DNA of 32,000 nucleotides from Nostoc punctiforme PCC 73102 (GTDB taxonomy: Bacteria; Cyanobacteriota; Cyanobacteriia; Cyanobacteriales; Nostocaceae). The translations under genes and the position numbers were made by a program. The notes beneath the pieces were generated by a model. The model was given only the letters and a program-made list of their open reading frames with translations. It was not told the DNA's origin and ran no database searches. This document shows, in pieces, positions 1 through 8,561 of this stretch. The stretch covers positions 1,800,001 through 1,832,000 of the forward strand of contig NC_010628.1 in the NCBI RefSeq assembly GCF_000020025.1, given 5' to 3'. How positions within the stretch are numbered: position 1 is the first letter of the stretch; every line of letters starts with the position of its first letter.

Positions 1-90
1 GTCAAAAATCTAAACTTAACGATTTTAACATTAGCAAGCAATTTTAATATGCTTCTGGGGCTGTTTTGCAGGCAAGTCAACTTCTTCATA

Positions 91-954
91 CTACCTTACA
101 TCTCCTTGCCCATCAGATTGTTGTGACCTATGTAGCTCCATAAGTTCTCCCAGCTTGAAAAACCTTATGCCATCCTCAGAAATATTTGGCTTGATAGGTT
201 CAACCTCATAACCTTCTTTACTTGGGATTCCAACATCTTCTAAAATCAACTCGTCATAGCCTGAATTGCTTACTTCTGGATCATCTCTATAATTTTGGCT
301 GTCAAGTATTATATTGTAGCCAACCTCATATTTATAGGATTTAATAACTAGACTATGTACAATACCGGGCTGATTACGCCATAAAACACGTGTACCGAGA
401 GGATAGTAAACTACATTATTTAGTGGTGGAACCTGCTCGATAAAATTCCTGTTTTCTAAAATTTCAATTAGCTCTTCTAGCTTTTCAGATGGTAACTTAA
501 ACCACTCGCTGTCTTCTACTCGATATTCGGCGAAAGCTTCATGTAAAAGCTTTTCAAATCTAGGTGCATCTTCAAAAAAAGAAGAGCAAACAAATAAATG
601 TTTAACTGGATTGCCTGTTTGTAGTTCTCGCATCCTTTTTGCGACATCCTTAGTAATACCTATTTTGTAATATTCTCTCGACTTTAGAACATAAATAAAT
701 CTATTTGAATTAGTTACTTCTTCATCGGATTGGGTATAGAAGGGTAAATGGTTCCAAAACCAGGATTCTCCCTTCTCATCTGGGGGAAATTGGTCAAAGT
801 ACTTACCTACAACATTCGCGCATTTTCCCCAATGTGCAGAGACTATTGTACTAGGATATACACCTCTCGAAAAAATACCACCTATCCCTTTGATCCAATA
901 AGTTCCTTTATTGTCTTTAATCGGTTCTCCACAGAGGTAGCAAATAGGTTCCAA
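91..954 (-). CDS. T5orf172 / MUG113-type (GIY-YIG superfamily) domain protein
   Basis: 287-aa ORF. The central block FIYVLKSREYYKIGITKDVAKRMRELQTGNP...EKLLHEAFAEYRVEDSEWFKL fits the T5orf172 consensus as I remember it (YKIGxT, R..L, lH..f, EWF). I do not recognise the N-terminal ~85 aa (CxxC at residues 5-8) or the C-terminal ~110 aa (beta-rich). Confidence 0.6.
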   Translation of the reverse strand: MEPICYLCGEPIKDNKGTYWIKGIGGIFSRGVYPSTIVSAHWGKCANVVGKYFDQFPPDEKGESWFWNHLPFYTQSDEEVTNSNRFIYVLKSREYYKIGITKDVAKRMRELQTGNPVKHLFVCSSFFEDAPRFEKLLHEAFAEYRVEDSEWFKLPSEKLEELIEILENRNFIEQVPPLNNVVYYPLGTRVLWRNQPGIVHSLVIKSYKYEVGYNIILDSQNYRDDPEVSNSGYDELILEDVGIPSKEGYEVEPIKPNISEDGIRFFKLGELMELHRSQQSDGQGDVR

Positions 955-1103
955 TCACTTACTCCTTTGTTGCTAGCTTAAGTTTCAATTGCAATTTGGC
1001 GTATCTTCACGAACACAACACAAATCGGTAGTTATTTGCATCCTTACGAATATAACTGTAAAGACGCGCTATGCGCTCCTAACTCCTAATTCCTTTTTTG
1101 CGT

Positions 1104-3926
1104 ATGATATACAAACTCCGTCAACAAAAGCTGTTGAGATGGATTGCATTGTTCCTAGTTGGAACATTTCTGCAATTTTTGTTTTACATCCCGACACCAG
1201 TCTTATCTCAAAATTCCAATAGCTGTAGCAATATTACAGCCCCTCTGACACCTGAAGAACAAACTTACGCTCGTGGTGCTTGGCAGTATTTTGTCAAAAA
1301 TTATCAGCCAGCAACAGGATTTACCAATTCTACAGGGGGTTATCCTTCTGGTACACTCTGGGATATGGGTAATTACCTGATGGCGTTGAATGCTGCACGC
1401 TGGTTGAATCTCACTGACCAAGCAGACTTTGATGCTCGTCTCAACAAATTTTTAACGACTCTCAGCAGCTTAAAGTTATTTGAAGATGCCTTGCCCAATA
1501 AAGTCTATAACGCAGCCAATGCACAAATGGTTGATTATGGCAACAATCCACTTGAGCGAGGTATTGGTTGGTCTGCTTTGGATGTTGGGCGAATACTGGC
1601 GGCGTTTGATGTCATCCGTACCTGTCATCCGCAATATAATGATTGGCTCAAAGGAATTGTAGCAAAGTGGCAAGTGGCGCGATCGCTCAAAGATGGGCAA
1701 CTTTTTGGCGCTACTGTTCTCCCAGACAACAAAACGTTACTGGTGCAAGAAGGACGACTCGGCTATGAAGAATACGGGGCTAGAGGTTATGGACTTTGGG
1801 GTTTCCCCGCACCCAAAGCTATTTCTTTAGAACCGTTTAAGTTAGTCGAAATTAATGGCGTGCAAATTCCCGTTGATACCCGTGACTTTAAAAGCACCAA
1901 TGCTAATAATTACGTTGTTAGTGAGTCTTATATCCTTGAAGGGATTGAGTTTGGCTTGCAAGGTGAGTTAGCTGATTTTGCTGCCAGGGTTTTAGATGTA
2001 CAAAAACGGCGTTACGATACCACAGGGCAGTTGACTGCGGTTACAGAAGATAATATCGACCAAGCGCCTTATTTTCTCTACAACACCGTCTACGCCAACG
2101 GTGCAAACTGGGCAACAATCACGGATGCTAATCAACCTTATCCACAGTTTCGCAGCATCAGTACCAAAGCTGCTTTTGGTTGGCGTTATCTTTTTCCAGA
2201 TAATGCTTATGCTCAAAAAGTTTTTGATGCTGTCAAGGATCTCCGCAGTCCTGATGATAGTGGTTACTATGCTGGTATCTATGAAGAATCAAAACAGCCT
2301 AATAAAGCTTTGACAGGTAATACTAATGGGTTGATTTTGGAGATTTTATACTACAAAGCTAAGGGAAATCACCCTTTAATTGCTTCTGGTGCTGCGAGTG
2401 TGTCTACTGGCAAGCCAAGTGAGAATATTTCTCCTGCAACACCCTCAAATCAACCGAATTCTACTGTTAAAACTCCGGCTAAAACACCCTCAAATCAACC
2501 GAATTCTACTGTTACAACTCCGCCTGCAACTCCTGCGGATACTCCTAAACCAACAGAAGTCGCTGTTGCACCTATTCCACCAGTAGATAGTCCTCAGCCA
2601 TCATCTCAGATCAAGATGGAGCGACCACTAACGCTGATTGAACGGCGTTATGCAGAGGCGGCTTGGCGATACTTTCAAGCGAATTATCATTCCAAGAATG
2701 GGCTGATAGACGATCGCAGTGATTTCAAAGGCGCAACCCTCTGGGGACTAGGAGATTACCTCGCAGCACTCCATGCAGCGCGATCGCTCGATATAATTAC
2801 TCCGAAAGAATTTGATCAACGCACCCGACATCTTTTAGCAGCCTTGACAAAGTTACCGTTATTTGCTGGAGAGTTACCTGGTCGAGGTTACGATACGCGA
2901 TCGCTACAATCAGTAGATTACGGTGGAAATCCAGCCCCAGAAGGAAACGGCTGGTCAGCTTTGGATTTAGGTAGAATGCTGGCAGCACTTTACAACTTAA
3001 AAACCTGTCATTCAGAATACACGGCTGCGGTAGATAAAATTGTGCTGGATTGGTCATATTTGCGTGTGGTACGCGAGGGTATTCTCTCCAGTGCTACCGT
3101 TATCAAAGAGCAAAATGGGCGATCGCTGATCCGCGTCAACCCAGAAACCCGCTTGGGATATGAAGAATATGCAGCTAGAGCTTTTCAATTATGGGGATTT
3201 AATGTTAATGGTTCTGCTGTTGGCGGAGAATATCAAACTGCCTCAGTAGAGGGAGTGAAAGTGCCAATTCAACGCCAACGCATAGATACCAACTCAAAAG
3301 TTAACCAATATACAGTTAGTAATCCTTTCTTACTCTATGCACTGGAGTTTGGACTAGATCCAAAAATGCGATCGCTCTTTGAACCAATTTTTCAAGCACA
3401 AGCTGAACGTTATCGTCGCACCGGCAACCTCACAGCCTCAGCTACCACCTTGATCGATCGTAAGCCTTACACTGTCCACAGCACAATTACTGGAAAAGGT
3501 GAGTCTTGGGTAGCTTTAGGAGATGATGGTCAACCTGTACCAAAGGGGCGATTGGTGAGTACAGCAGTCGCTTTTGCCTATCATGCCCTGCTTCCAGAAA
3601 ACAAGTACAGTCAAGAGTTACTGCAAGGAACGACTGACTTATATAACCCATTAGCTGGATTTTATGAGGGTTTCTATGAAGCCACAGGTAAAACGGCAGT
3701 TGGTTTCACTAGTAGCACCAACAGTATGATTTTACAATCCTTGCTGTACAAGGTAATGAATCAACAACCTCTAATTCGTCCGACAAATGACATGAAATCT
3801 CCTTGGTGGCAAGAAGTTAGTAAGGGAAATTCTGGGCGAGGTCTACCCAACACTGCCACACAACGAACCAAGTTAATTTCTGATAGTTCTAGCAGTTACT
3901 GGGTTTCAGCTAGCGATCGACATTAA
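1104..3926 (+). CDS. Exported protein with two tandem DUF3131-type domains joined by a Pro/Thr-rich linker
   Basis: The track ORF is 1098-3926, but 1098 is TTG and ATG follows at 1104. The N-terminal hydrophobic segment LLRWIALFLVGTFLQFLFYI is a signal peptide or anchor. There are two clearly paralogous halves (about aa 50-430 and 520-942). Examples: GAWQYFVKNY..GTLWDMGNYLMALNAARWL..GWSALDVGRILAAF..LGYEEYGARGYGLWGF versus AAWRYFQANY..ATLWGLGDYLAALHAARSL..GWSALDLGRMLAAL..LGYEEYAARAFQLWGF. The DUF3131 (PF11329) assignment is from memory and unverified. Confidence 0.6.
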   Translation: MIYKLRQQKLLRWIALFLVGTFLQFLFYIPTPVLSQNSNSCSNITAPLTPEEQTYARGAWQYFVKNYQPATGFTNSTGGYPSGTLWDMGNYLMALNAARWLNLTDQADFDARLNKFLTTLSSLKLFEDALPNKVYNAANAQMVDYGNNPLERGIGWSALDVGRILAAFDVIRTCHPQYNDWLKGIVAKWQVARSLKDGQLFGATVLPDNKTLLVQEGRLGYEEYGARGYGLWGFPAPKAISLEPFKLVEINGVQIPVDTRDFKSTNANNYVVSESYILEGIEFGLQGELADFAARVLDVQKRRYDTTGQLTAVTEDNIDQAPYFLYNTVYANGANWATITDANQPYPQFRSISTKAAFGWRYLFPDNAYAQKVFDAVKDLRSPDDSGYYAGIYEESKQPNKALTGNTNGLILEILYYKAKGNHPLIASGAASVSTGKPSENISPATPSNQPNSTVKTPAKTPSNQPNSTVTTPPATPADTPKPTEVAVAPIPPVDSPQPSSQIKMERPLTLIERRYAEAAWRYFQANYHSKNGLIDDRSDFKGATLWGLGDYLAALHAARSLDIITPKEFDQRTRHLLAALTKLPLFAGELPGRGYDTRSLQSVDYGGNPAPEGNGWSALDLGRMLAALYNLKTCHSEYTAAVDKIVLDWSYLRVVREGILSSATVIKEQNGRSLIRVNPETRLGYEEYAARAFQLWGFNVNGSAVGGEYQTASVEGVKVPIQRQRIDTNSKVNQYTVSNPFLLYALEFGLDPKMRSLFEPIFQAQAERYRRTGNLTASATTLIDRKPYTVHSTITGKGESWVALGDDGQPVPKGRLVSTAVAFAYHALLPENKYSQELLQGTTDLYNPLAGFYEGFYEATGKTAVGFTSSTNSMILQSLLYKVMNQQPLIRPTNDMKSPWWQEVSKGNSGRGLPNTATQRTKLISDSSSSYWVSASDRH
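2439..2528 (+). repeat. 45-bp direct tandem repeat (2 copies) inside the linker of the DUF3131 gene
   Basis: acaccctcaaatcaaccgaattctactgtta starts at 2439 and again at 2484. It encodes TPSNQPNSTVKTPAK / TPSNQPNSTVTTPPA. Confidence 0.85.
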
Positions 3927-4377
3927 GATAAGCAGACGCAGGAATGCAAAGATCCGTGCCTGCGTCCTCTAGTAGTTCGCCAAGTGTACTTGGCGGGGTA
4001 AAGAGTAAGGGGTAAGGGGGAAAGGTTCAAATCCCTTAACCTTTCCCCTTTCCCCAGTCCTCACTTAGCATTTTTGGGTTGGCAGACTACTAGCAGTAAT
4101 GTTGGGTTGGTAATAGGTTGTTAGTAATGAATTCAACTAGGGAATACTGATTCTGAAGGAATGCAGATAAAGTGGGAAGCTCCGTCTAGTCTATACGGCG
4201 GGGCTTCCCATTTCATCGGGAATAGCCTCCAGGACTCCCTAGTTCTATTGGTCTAACTTTTCCTCTCTTGTCAGAATCCCAAGACCCAAATCTTTTTCTT
4301 CTCCCAAAGGGAGACGCTAAAAGCGATGCAACATATACCTATCAGCTTGGTTCTCGCTTATGGCATTGATGGTTACT

Positions 4378-4422
4378 GAGCGTAGTCGAATCTAAAATCC
4401 AAAATCGTTCGACTGAACGCTC
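4378..4422. repeat. Small dispersed hairpin repeat (TTCGACTG..CGCTCA family)
   Basis: The imperfect inverted repeat gagcgtagtcgaa (4378-4390) / ttcgactgaacgctc (4408-4422) has a 17-nt loop. It shares the core ttcgactg(n)cgctca with the element at 11838-11918. Confidence 0.6.
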
Positions 4423-4454
4423 ACGACAAGTCCAAAATCTAAAATAGTACTAAG

Positions 4455-6458
4455 ATGAGTTCAGTTTCTATTAGTGATAATTCCTCAAAGTTTTCTGGTA
4501 ATAGTCGCTCATTACTTAAAAAAAGAACGCTGTTATTTCGCTATCTTGCAGAAATAAATTTAATTTTTGGTATCTGGTATTTGCAATGGCGCGTCACCCA
4601 TTCCATCAATTTTGATGCACTGTGGATCTCTATTCCTTTATTGATAGCAGAAATTTATAGCTATTTCGGCGGTGTGATGTTTGTGATTGGGTTGTGGCGA
4701 CCTTTAGTGCGACAGGTTAAGTCTCTCGACCAGATGACCCCACCTTTACCCAGATCGGACTGGCCAACAGTAGATGTCTTTGTAACCTGCTACAACGAAC
4801 CGCCGAAAATTGTAGAGGAAACTGCCAAAGCTGCTCTAGTAATGGATTATCCGCCAACAAAGTTACGAGTTTATGTTCTAGATGATGGTAACTCGGCTGA
4901 TATGCGGGCTATGACAGAAAGATTGTGTATTGAAGATTTGCAGTCACCACAACTACAACAAGAAGCAAATCGGATTGATGCAGAACACTCTTCTTTATTG
5001 CAGCGCCTAAAGGAACTAGAAAATCTCACACCTAATACTCAAGGTGCAGAACAATGGTTGCAAACATCATCATCAGAACCCGTAGTTAATCAGTTGGCTA
5101 CGGAATTTGTCCAAAGTCTGCGACAGTTTATTCTTTGGCTACCTCCGACTCATCAAAGTATTAGCGATTCTCCTGTGGAGACGCTACGCGATCGCCTCAC
5201 TACCGAACGGAAAGCCCTAGAGGAAACTATCCGTAAGAAAGAACTCGAACTTTTGGAACTCTCTCGGTTTCGGTATATCGCTCGTCCCAAGACACCTGGT
5301 GTAGCACATCATGCTAAAGCAGGCAACATCAATTACGCAATTTTTTCTGGACAAACGGCAGGAAATTTTATTGTTACTCTAGATGCCGACCACATTCCCA
5401 AGCAAAATTTTCTGAAGCGAGTTGTACCTTATTTCTATACATATAATCTTTCAACAGGAAGATACGACCAGAATCAAATTGCTTTTGTACAGACTCGCCA
5501 GGATTTTTACAATATTCCTCCAGGCGATCCTTTTGGACATCGAGCAAATTTATTTTATGGGCCACTTCAACAAGGTAAAGATGGCATGAATGCTGCGTTC
5601 TATACAGGCACAAATGCGATATTGAGACGTGAAGCACTAGTTAGTGTAGGACTGCAAAATTTTGCTGATGAATTTGCCAAAGATGAAAAACGTTTAGATG
5701 AATTTGATTTAGTTGGTGGGGTATCAAGTAATAGCATTACAGAAGATATGAATACAGCTATGCGTCTGCATAGTGCTGGCTGGAAATCTATTTATCACAA
5801 TGAACTTTTGGCAGAAGGTTTAGCGCCAGATGACCTGAGTTCTACTCTGAAACAGCGTCTACGCTGGGCACAAGGAACTATCCAAGTGCTAGTGAGAGAG
5901 AATCCATTGACAAAATCAGGGCTAACATTTTGGCAAAGGTTGCAATATTTTAAGACGATGTATAGTTATTTCTCTGGTTTTGCAACTCTGGTGTTTATTT
6001 CTTGCCCAATTATCTATTTTTTTACGGACATTGTTCCAGTTAAAACCTACGGGTCTGACTTTGCGATACACTTTTTTCCAGCTTTTATTATCAACCGTCT
6101 CACGTTCTTAGCAGCTACCTGGGGCATTCCAGCTACAGAAGTTTGGCGTTCTGAACAATATGCGATCGCTTTATTCCCCCTGCTAATCCAAGCTGTATGG
6201 AGTGTGTTCACAGGACAAAAACTCAATTTTCAAGTCACACCTAAGCAGAGGCAGTCTGGTATTTATCTCAGGCTAGTTTGGCCACAGTTAGTTATCTTTA
6301 TCCTCACTATTCTAGGGATATTATGGAGTCTTTATCGCTTTGCAATTGGTCATCTAAATAATCCTTTGGTTCACCTACTCAATGGTGCATGGGCTATCTA
6401 TAATTTGTTACTTTTGTCTGCTATCATCCGCGCATCCGTTTGGCAACCTCCAAAATAA
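4455..6458 (+). CDS. Cellulose-synthase-like processive family-2 glycosyltransferase (BcsA/CesA-like catalytic subunit, no PilZ domain)
   Basis: 667 aa. The ordered signature is VTCYNEP, VLDDG (DDG at 4881-4889), HAKAGNIN, TLDADH (DAD at 5382-5390), TED (5739-5747), QRLRW (5853-5867). There are two N-terminal and about six C-terminal hydrophobic helices. The protein ends directly after the last helix. Confidence 0.85.
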   Translation: MSSVSISDNSSKFSGNSRSLLKKRTLLFRYLAEINLIFGIWYLQWRVTHSINFDALWISIPLLIAEIYSYFGGVMFVIGLWRPLVRQVKSLDQMTPPLPRSDWPTVDVFVTCYNEPPKIVEETAKAALVMDYPPTKLRVYVLDDGNSADMRAMTERLCIEDLQSPQLQQEANRIDAEHSSLLQRLKELENLTPNTQGAEQWLQTSSSEPVVNQLATEFVQSLRQFILWLPPTHQSISDSPVETLRDRLTTERKALEETIRKKELELLELSRFRYIARPKTPGVAHHAKAGNINYAIFSGQTAGNFIVTLDADHIPKQNFLKRVVPYFYTYNLSTGRYDQNQIAFVQTRQDFYNIPPGDPFGHRANLFYGPLQQGKDGMNAAFYTGTNAILRREALVSVGLQNFADEFAKDEKRLDEFDLVGGVSSNSITEDMNTAMRLHSAGWKSIYHNELLAEGLAPDDLSSTLKQRLRWAQGTIQVLVRENPLTKSGLTFWQRLQYFKTMYSYFSGFATLVFISCPIIYFFTDIVPVKTYGSDFAIHFFPAFIINRLTFLAATWGIPATEVWRSEQYAIALFPLLIQAVWSVFTGQKLNFQVTPKQRQSGIYLRLVWPQLVIFILTILGILWSLYRFAIGHLNNPLVHLLNGAWAIYNLLLLSAIIRASVWQPPK

Positions 6459-6532
6459 ACATAAGAGGGACATAGGGAGAAGGAAAATAACTATTAACTC
6501 CCTGATAAATTCAATGTAAAAAGAAAAAAGTA

Positions 6533-7240
6533 ATGAACATTAATTCAGACTCAAAAAACTTTGGTCAAAGAACTGTCTTAACAATTTATGCTCATGCTGA
6601 TGATGAAGTTCTACCTGCTGCTGGCACTCTCAGTTTGATGTCCAAGGCAGGGTGGAATATTCGTTGCTTAATTTTGACTGATGGCAGTCTTTCCAGTTCG
6701 CCTATTAAGGGTACACGTCATCAAGAAGCGGATGCAGCAGGTAAAATCATCGGTGCAACTTACGAGTTTTATGCACTTGAGGAGTACAATTTTTCAACTC
6801 AAGCAGTGATTAAAGTTACTGAGGAAGCTATTAGGCGTTGGCAACCGGATCTAATTATTACTCATGCACCACAACCTGAAAAATATGGACATAGAGATCA
6901 TGAAGTATGTGCGATCGCAGTTTCTAATGTTGCTACCCGCAAAAACATAACTTTGTGGTATTCAGCCCCGCCTGTTTTTTTACGTGGTTTTGAACCCAAC
7001 TTTTTTGTGGATATTACTTCTGTAATTGAGGAAAAAGTTGCAGCTATTGGTTGTTATGAATCAGAGGTAAACAAAGCATTTATGCAACTTGATGCCATAC
7101 TGGTTCTATCTCGTTTTTGGGCACGAGAGTTAGGTCAAAAAGATGGTTACTTTGAAGCTTTTGAAATTTCCCGACAATGTGTAGATGCTAGCTTTTTTTA
7201 CGCAATAGCTAATAATCACCAAGTAATTAAACCCAGCTAA
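6533..7240 (+). CDS. PIG-L / LmbE family (CE14-type) N-acetylglucosaminyl deacetylase
   Basis: 235 aa. It has LTIYAHADDEVL (an AHPDDE-type motif) and HRDHE (HxDH), the zinc-ligand motifs of the PIG-L fold. There is no signal peptide. It starts 74 nt after the synthase stop on the same strand. Confidence 0.75.
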   Translation: MNINSDSKNFGQRTVLTIYAHADDEVLPAAGTLSLMSKAGWNIRCLILTDGSLSSSPIKGTRHQEADAAGKIIGATYEFYALEEYNFSTQAVIKVTEEAIRRWQPDLIITHAPQPEKYGHRDHEVCAIAVSNVATRKNITLWYSAPPVFLRGFEPNFFVDITSVIEEKVAAIGCYESEVNKAFMQLDAILVLSRFWARELGQKDGYFEAFEISRQCVDASFFYAIANNHQVIKPS

Positions 7241-7279
7241 TCGTCATTTAATTAAATAAACGTTGGGTTTTTACCTCAA

Positions 7280-7645
7280 CTACTCATTTTCTATCAAAAC
7301 TGTAACAGCTGCGATCGCAATCAACATTTCATCATTTTTATCGTTTAGTTCGGGAATCGCCCGCCCTTGAACTATCATCCCTCCAGATTCTACGGTGAGG
7401 GTTTTTCTACCAAATGGTAGGACAGCTAGTACCTCTTCTTCTCTAACTTGTTCTGGATATGGCACTGCTACTTGAACTTCTATAATCATTTCATTGGGAT
7501 GACTTAAACCTGCAACTTCCCAAACACCAGGTAAGGCATTGTGAGCGATCGCATTCCGTACCGCCCTAGATGCTGCTATTGTTGGTTCTTGTCCATGCTG
7601 ATCTATTCCCATCCCCATCTCAATAATCAACCGTTTACGCGCCAT
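7280..7645 (-). CDS. Lin0512-family small conserved protein
   Basis: 121 aa. LIIEMGMGIDQHGQEPTIAASRAVRNAIAHN resembles Lin0512-family proteins as I remember them. The function is unknown. Confidence 0.55.
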   Translation of the reverse strand: MARKRLIIEMGMGIDQHGQEPTIAASRAVRNAIAHNALPGVWEVAGLSHPNEMIIEVQVAVPYPEQVREEEVLAVLPFGRKTLTVESGGMIVQGRAIPELNDKNDEMLIAIAAVTVLIENE

Positions 7646-7825
7646 TTCTACCTCTAGTAATTCTGCACACTTTAAATAAATTCAGGAGTCAAAAGCCAGA
7701 ATCTAGAGTTTTCTGAATACTGACTTTTGATTCCCCAAGCGAGAGGATATATGTATGGTCTTCTGGGGAGAAGGTAAGATTAGTCCATTTGTAGAGCGAC
7801 AGCTGTGCGCCCCTACTAAGGTGCT

Positions 7826-8194
7826 TTAAACCATGTGCTGCAAGCGGCTCAGACGCTCTGAGTAACTTTTCATCACCTTCAGAGCAAACATAGGTGTTTC
7901 CTGAACGGCAAAGAGAAACCCTTTCTCATCAACGAAAGCAAGTTTGCTGTCCACCTTAGCAATAGCTGTGTAAGTTCTATTTTTTACTCCTACAAGTACC
8001 CCAACACCAAAAACTTCGCCTGTGTCAATGGTTTCTACAACCTTGCCATTGACTAATATATCCACTGTTCCTTCCAGAATCCCGTACATGTTATCGCCAG
8101 GCTGTCCTTCTTCAAAAATGACTTCACCTGCTGAAAATGGTTTAGGGTCGGGTTGTTTTTGAAAGATACTGACTGTTACTACAGGACTTAGCAT
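7826..8194 (-). CDS. Stand-alone cyclic-nucleotide-binding (CAP effector) domain protein
   Basis: 122 aa. FSAGEVIFEEGQPGDNMYGILEGTVDI...GEVFG...RTYTAIA is a typical cNMP-binding beta-roll. No HTH or other output domain follows. Confidence 0.75.
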   Translation of the reverse strand: MLSPVVTVSIFQKQPDPKPFSAGEVIFEEGQPGDNMYGILEGTVDILVNGKVVETIDTGEVFGVGVLVGVKNRTYTAIAKVDSKLAFVDEKGFLFAVQETPMFALKVMKSYSERLSRLQHMV

Positions 8195-8561
8195 TAGAGC
8201 AACCCCAAAATCTTGGTTTTTAGACGAAACTTTTGGGTAGCTTTACGCGAACCCAGAAAAGTATACTACTTTATGTCGATTAACTCTCAATCCCCGCAAA
8301 ATTTCTGATTAGTCCCCTAATCACCTAGAAACCTCTAAGAAGGTTTTACTAGGCAAAATCGTCCCTCTCCAAGTCGGAGCTGCGGTGTATACACAAGTCT
8401 TCTAGAGTTGCGCTACAGGCTTTTGATCCCCCCAACCCCCTTTAAAAAGCCAGGCAAAAAGCTCTTAAAGTCCTCCTATTTATCGGGGGATTACGGTTCA
8501 AGTTTTGTAACTGTTCTGTGGTCATGTCTTTTATTTGCATAGTTTCTCCGAAGAATTTACT

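Noticed and set aside
748-1222. Plus-strand ORFs 748-981 and 989-1222.
   Set aside because: The first is antisense to the T5orf172 gene. The second spans the divergent promoter region and the true start of the DUF3131 gene in another frame.
1203-3057. Short ORFs overlapping the DUF3131 gene (1203-1421, 1476-1700, 1480-1662, 1992-2216, 2101-2313, 2380-2586, 2797-3057). The same applies to those inside ileS (13030-14289), the synthase (5374-5637), the GGDEF-EAL gene (16978-17760) and the GH10 gene (25531-25773).
   Set aside because: All are nested in, or antisense to, long ORFs with strong family signatures. They have no motifs of their own.
4005-4052. A tRNA-like GGTTCAAATCC T-loop motif.
   Set aside because: The motif sits in the loop and arm of a simple dispersed-repeat hairpin (gggaaaggtt...aacctttccc). 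I could not build acceptor, D or anticodon arms around it.
3927-4454. A c-di-GMP (GEMM-type) riboswitch upstream of the PilZ-less synthase.
   Set aside because: I could not find the conserved GEMM-I core sequences or the paired tetraloop/receptor architecture. An Infernal scan would be needed to exclude it properly.
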